A program made the position numbers and the translations under genes. Source: Paraspadella gotoi (taxonomy: Eukaryota > Animalia > Chaetognatha). From it: 64,000 nucleotides of DNA. The notes beneath the pieces are model-generated. The model saw nothing but the letters and a program-made list of their open reading frames with translations, had not been told where the DNA came from and ran no database searches. The DNA is taken from NCBI GenBank assembly GCA_051294375.1, contig CM119271.1, positions 12,377,190 to 12,441,189 of the forward strand. Reading direction: 5' to 3'. Below are positions 58,101 to 64,000 of this stretch, piece after piece; the stretch's first letter is position 1; the number at the start of each line of letters is the position of its first letter.

Positions 58101-61100
58101 TTTCACTAGTGGCCAAATGCAAACGGAAGCGGAAGGATTATTAGAATGTCTACGACTGGAGCAGGTGTCATATTGAAATAGTGTAAGAGATAGTCAGGCA
58201 CTGAGGGAAACTTGTCTAGTCACTGAGGAGCGATGTTCCAAACGAAAAACAGTTCCGTAATTATGGTTCATGGATCGTCACGCTGGTCACCAGAGAGAAA
58301 ACCAGCGATAACTAGAGAGTAAAAACGGCGAGACAGGACTTTACATATATTTTGCGTCTCTTCTCAGGACGGGTGTCGTACGTCTCAGGCATGAAAGGGC
58401 AGGCGGGATAGTAAATTCCATGCTACGTTTCTCAGATCGCCATCTACCTTACAAACAGTTGTAAGGTGATACGGGGTTGAGATGAGTGTCCGATCCACGC
58501 AATCGGATCGTTAATTCTGTCACCGCCAACGATTATGTTTTCGGGGCCTCTGAAACTGGGGTCATAGATCAGGCCGACTTTCAATCTGTAACGCAGGTCT
58601 CCGCTAGATCAGACGGTCAGATATGACAGCGCGACGGCGTAGAGCCCGGTTATAGCACGAGACTAGCGGTACCGCCCCAGCCCCAGGGAGGGCGTCGGGC
58701 AATCCTTCCTCTTAATCCTTCCGGAGGAGCTGGCCGCCGGCACCACCCGGTGAGGTGTCCGGCATGCTAGCAGGACCAGGAAGGAACCGGTGGTGGGCGA
58801 GTGCACAAAGTTGGCCGGGCGGACGGTGTCGCCCCAGCGCTCGGCGCTCCCTCTCTTCCTTTGGGAAATCACGGGCCGGCCCGGTCCTATTCCACGCGTT
58901 GTTTTCCCGTCGTGTCGCTAGTCGTACACGTTTTGTCCGGGCTCGCTTCGGATAGTGATATCGAGGTAGTGGTAGATAGCTCCGGCCGAGAGCGGCGGCG
59001 CCGGACCGGGCGGATGTGCGCGCTTGGCGGCGTAGGCGGCGCCGGCGGGCGGGCGTGCGGCGGTCGGCAGGCGTGCGCGCCGCGGAGCTTTACTGAGGCG
59101 CGGGACTAATTCTCGGGTCAATTACTTTGTTATTTGTTGCTGCGGGACGTAAGTAGGGATGCTTAGTGAGAGCACTAGACATGTCCCGTGCGGTCAGACA
59201 GCAAATTTACTGGAATTCGCTATAACTTTTCGTTCAGGAAACGATGCGCGCGAGATAACTTGATTTTGCCGCGGTTTCTTGGGCCACCCCGACCAAAGCG
59301 AACCAGACCATTCTCGGGTTACAGAAGGACGAGAGAGAGAGCAGAGGCACCAGAGAGAGAAGAAGAGAAGAGAGACGAAAGAGAGAGTTAGAGAGAGACG
59401 AGAAGAGGATGAGAGAGAGGAGAGGCAGAATAGTCAACGTTTGTTGTTCATACTTGCGCGAACAGATACGATCTAGAGAACTATTGGATGTGAGCCTACT
59501 TTTTATTTACGGAGCTAACAACTGCAGCGGGCCGATACCTCTCCTTCCCTCCCGATTAATTGCGGTCAACTCGTGTGCACAGCCTCATACAAGAGGCAAT
59601 GTTTAACTTGGTCACTACTGATTGACGGCGTAGACCAGGCATGAAACAAACAACTTGTTTGTCCCGTGAATATACTGCGGGATCGTCCGGAAGCTATATT
59701 GAATTCCAATCAGTGTATACTAACCGAATAGAGTATTACCATCATAGGATTTATTTTCTTTATTGTTCAAACTAGGCGGTTCTCTTACAGTTATCAGGAA
59801 CGAGGCTAACTGACGCATGCATTTGCTCTCAGGACAGGGTACGGTATAATTGTAATAATCTGGAGAAACTAACCGAGCTTTTATCGCAGGGTTTAATTTT
59901 TGCACTGCACACGTCAATAATAAACATGAACAGAGAACAATGAATCGAATATTGGCTACAGGACTACGCAGTATCCGAAGATTGCGGCCTCGTCCGTCTA
60001 AGGGTGCAGGGCTCGACGCTCTTCATGCGATTGATCGCCGCGACACAGTCTTGAAACACATTCTCCGTTCTGCACGCTGAGTGGATATCTTATTAAGTAA
60101 CAGGAATATTCTTAAAATGCTATTTTCAATTTTAATATACTATTATTAACTTACCGCGAGCGAGGTCGTCTTCCCATCACGAGAGTTTCGTTATTGTTTG
60201 CAGAATATATTTTTTTGATATTCCAATACGTTCTCGATTTACTGCAGAAATTTTAGTATTCTTCGTTTTTCTTCAAATTAATCGTTTCAGAACGGGGAAG
60301 TGTTCTGTAAACCCGCTGCACGACACTCGACTTTAAATGTTAGTTGTTACCAGACAGTCGAGAGAGAGAGAGAGGAGACAGCAGGAGAGCAGACGAGAGA
60401 GAGGAGGAGAGAGAAAGGCAACCGACAAAAGGAGGAGAAGGACCAGGAAGAGAGAGAGGGAGAAGAGAGAGCGAAAGAGAGAGAGAGGGAGCCGCACCCG
60501 TGGGGGAAGACCGTCGTGAGACAGAGAGTGACGAGGACCTGTGGCGTGAGCAGGACGCAGGAGATGAGTACGAACTAAGAATATACATAACGAGCTCGTC
60601 GCGATAGGCATGGGGCGCAAGGCCAGCCGCGGGGTGTAGAATTTTGACTCAAACCGACCTGCCACTTCAGCCCTCACTCCCACCGCTAGTCATAGTCCGA
60701 AACTTACAGTATAACAGAGTGAGTATGTTAGAGATCATAGCGGCCTCATTACGCCGGCCATGAAATACTATTGATCCCCTCGTGTTGCCCTCGCCTGGAC
60801 GACTTCCGATTTTCTAGCCTATTTTTTTGCTTCCTAGCTCGCCAACTGACCCTTCTCTACGCACCGCGGGCATCAGTAAGCTGTTCCTCTCCATACATCG
60901 CGCGGAACATGAACATGCGCCGTCGATGAGACGAACAGACTCGGCATGCGTATTACTGCAAGCCGCAAAGGTCTGACTCGAAGACTGGATTAGCCGGTTA
61001 AACTCCATTGTAGCGCAGCAATCACCTCGTCTGCGGAGCAACGTCAGTGACTGACCTACAGATCACCGGAAGAGAGTCTCGGGCTTCAGATTGACTCTTT

Positions 61101-61390
61101 TCTCTATCGCGGTCCAGCGTCCGGCGTATTCACTACTCACGCACCTCTCGAGGCGACGGAGAGAGGCGGTGCGGTCAAAATGTTCCCGGACGACGCAAAC
61201 ACGCTTTATATCCAGATCGGCAACGCGCTTGTAACCACATATCCAACGATAAGGACACATAGGCAGGTGGCGTCAGGCAGCCAGCCGAGTCAGCCCGGAT
61301 AGGCGTGACGCCGACTGCAGTCCACCTGTAAAGACCCGCCACACCGCGCGTCGGAGGAATAGCGTCTACATTCATCCACAGCCTCATCAC
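55140..61390. other. Probable unpolished, low-accuracy long-read sequence
   Basis: Composition is random-like and unlike the flanks, with broken (GA)n and (GGC)n tracts. 59000-59145 is a garbled copy of 61866-61997 (ctaat.ctc...caat.act.gttat.ttgttgct). Confidence 0.65.
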
Positions 61391-61865
61391 AAAAAATTAA
61401 AACTAAGATATTCGAAACTAAGAGAACATTGGCTATATTAGATCGAATTTGAATCCGTCATCACTCGACGTTCCGTCCTGCACCTTATAGGGTCTCCGGG
61501 GGCGTGAGTCGTGAGTCGTGACTAATCGTTTTTTTATTTCGGCCAATAATCAATAGATTCGTAAATAAGAATTATAACGAATCAATTAGCGAATAATGAT
61601 AATAATTCATAGCGAATAATATGTAGATCAGAACAGAATTGATGTTTACGATTATTAACTTGATCAAATTAAGAAAAAAAAAATCTCAAGTCATTAAATC
61701 GAAATGATTGTCAAACATTCCAATTTTAATAAAATTAGGACTGAACAATATTAACGTAAATTTCGTAATAAAGTTTTTTTTTTTGGTTTGGTTGTCGTCG
61801 TCGTTGTCGTCGTCGTCGTCATTGTCGTCGTCTTCGACTGTGATCGAATAGTGTAGAACATCCGG

Positions 61866-61919
61866 GGCGGCGGCGGCGGCGGCGGCGGCGGAGGCGGCGG
61901 CGGCGGCGGCGGCGGCGGA

Positions 61920-61961
<42 letters not shown>
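61866..61961. repeat. (GGC)n trinucleotide tract
   Basis: About 30 units with two GGA interruptions. Confidence 0.95.
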
Positions 61962-62880
61962 AGCTAATCTCCTCCAATAACTGTTATCTTGTTGCTCCAG
62001 TAGACTTTTTTCGCTCCTCTTCGCTACTCTCTTACTCCAGGAATCCAAGTCACGTGACCTCGGGAAGAAAAACTCCCCATCCTTGTTATCACGCATCGTG
62101 ACCANNNNNNNNNNNNNNNNNNNNNNNNNNNNNNNNNNNNNNNNNNNNNNNNNNNNNNNNNNNNNNNNNNNNNNNNNNNNNNNNNNNNNNNNNNNNNNNN
62201 NNNNNNNNNNNNNNNNNNNNNNNNNNNNNNNNNNNNNNNNNNNNNNNNNNNNNNNNNNNNNNNNNNNNNNNNNNNNNNNNNNNNNNNNNNNNNNTCTCTC
62301 TCTCTCTCTCTCTGGGAACATATCGCAATATCCGACTACAATGGGACATATAGATGGAAGGTGTGAAAGTTTGGGAAAGGTGATGTGACCAAGTTTTAAA
62401 ATGGTGAAATTCAAGTTTTACTACATCAAGAAGTGTAAGTTAAATGTAAAAAAAAACAAGTTTGAGAAAACAATGTCGGATCTGCCTACAATANNNNNNN
62501 NNNNNNNNNNNNNNNNNNNNNNNNNNNNNNNNNNNNNNNNNNNNNNNNNNNNNNNNNNNNNNNNNNNNNNNNNNNNNNNNNNNNNNNNNNNNNGAGGCCG
62601 CGCCGCATCGGATCAGGGTCAGTCTTATTTTTTTTAAATATTTCCTCTCTTCAATTTTTAATATTTTAACGATTAATTTGGATTCAAATTGTTTCTCTTA
62701 TTAAAAACGCATTTACAGGAGACTTCTCACTCTTTCACTCTCTCTCACTCTTTCACTCTCTCTCACTCTTTCACTCTCTCTCACTCTCACGCTCGCTCTT
62801 TCATTACCACGCTTAATCACTATTAGGTCTACTCTAATTAATTTACTCCAATTAATTTACTCTTTCACTTAAAACTTCTT

Positions 62881-63039
62881 GATTCGTTTGGTAGCTGAGA
62901 ATTTATTCGGTCTTTGCATACCAGAAGAAAAAAATTGAAAATTAGTACAAATCATGGATAAATTATTATTTCTACTAAGTTTCAATTTTTTTCTTCTGGT
63001 ATGCAAAGACCGAATAAATTCTCAGCTATCATTTGAATC
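62881..63039. repeat. About 160-bp foldback / palindromic MITE-like inverted repeat
   Basis: tagctgagaatttattcggtctttgcataccagaagaaaaaaattgaaa (62892-62940) pairs perfectly with 62980-63028, with imperfect pairing extending to both sides. Confidence 0.9.
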
Positions 63040-63514
63040 TAATCCTACCAGAATCATGACTTTGAAAATATATTTACTTGTTTCGTTTTCTATCAAATAC
63101 TATTTTTTCACTTGTCAGTAAACCTCGAACTAAAGTGTCTCGTCTACTAATTCACCTGCTTTATAATTCTTTCAGTAATTTACTACCTGACTCAATAAAT
63201 AACTCACTGTACTGATTAACTAACTTACTTACTGAATAGCGCACTTTTTCACTTGTTTAACCACTCGCTCGCTCGCTCGTTCAATCCCTAACTCACTTAC
63301 TCAATCACTCACTCACTCACTCACTCACTCACTCACTCNNNNNNNNNNNNNNNNNNNNNNNNNNNNNNNNNNNNNNNNNNNNNNNNNNNNNNNNNNNNNN
63401 NNNNNNNNNNNNNNNNNNNNNNNNNNNNNNNNNNNNNNNNNNNNNNNNNNNNNNNNNNNNNNNNNNNNNNNNNNNNNNNNNNNNNNNNNNNNNNNNNNNN
63501 NNNNNNNNNNNNNN

Positions 63515-63534
63515 CCTAACCCTAACCCTAACCC
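63515..63534. repeat. Short (CCCTAA)n telomere-type repeat next to a gap
   Basis: cctaaccctaaccctaaccc. Confidence 0.7.
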
Positions 63535-64000
63535 ATGTTTACTCCTGCACTCACTAATTCACTCATTAATTCTTACTTCATTACTTACTGGTTAACTCAC
63601 TCATTCACNNNNNNNNNNNNNNNNNNNNNNNNNNNNNNNNNNNNNNNNNNNNNNNNNNNNNNNNNNNNNNNNNNNNNNNNNNNNNNNNNNNNNNNNNNNN
63701 NNNNNNNNNNNNNNNNNNNNNNNNNNNNNNNNNNNNNNNNNNNNNNNNNNNNNNNNNNNNNNNNNNNNNNNNNNNNNNNNNNNNNNNNNNNNNNNNNNNN
63801 NNNNNNNNNNNNNNNNNNNTAATTGTTACCATAATAGGTACATTCCCTCAAACTAACTAATAACTAGTAACTATAACTATAACTAGTAACTATGTCTTTT
63901 CTTTCCTCTTCCCCCAATGAACAGGGCAGACCCGTGACCATTCGCTTGGCCCTTCCCCGAGGCGACCAGCAACTCGATCACTTCCGCCCGCGAAAAGTCT

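Noticed and set aside
55140-61390. Horizontally acquired or viral insertion
   Set aside because: No long ORFs or codon structure, and it contains a garbled copy of adjacent host sequence; best explained as raw-read noise.
61866-61961. Poly-alanine coding exon
   Set aside because: A (GGC)n microsatellite without convincing splice sites or flanking domain.

Overview
Draft assembly of an invertebrate animal genome: GT-AG introns, CpG-rich exons, AT-rich introns, many (GA)n/(GAC)n/(TTCA)n tracts and a short TTAGGG-type repeat. Bases 1-17 kb are gene-dense and clean. They hold an intronless SLC16/MCT transporter (+) and, on the minus strand, an 8-exon two-TM protein with tandem PPxY motifs that the ORF track does not show, DCAF5 (4 exons), a divergent KLHDC3-like kelch/BC-box protein (4 exons) and CEP112 (2 exons). 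From about 17.6 kb a large minus-strand RYK/derailed pseudokinase gene runs through repeat-rich, gappy sequence. Five kinase exons are clean. The transmembrane exon and three probable juxtamembrane exons can be recovered from indel-noisy duplicated blocks at 27-42 kb. The catalytic-loop exon and the extracellular WIF exons are not visible. Much of 27-61 kb looks like unpolished long-read gap fill (25-N gaps, noisy tandem copies). The best candidates for new biology are: a small LTR-like element whose repeat carries a tRNA-like Pol III module next to a Gypsy integrase remnant; the orphan PPxY membrane gene; a possible UGA-C readthrough extension of RYK; inverted Helentron-like repeats flanking a kelch exon; and a 160-bp foldback. 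All exon models were built by hand and no database searches were run.
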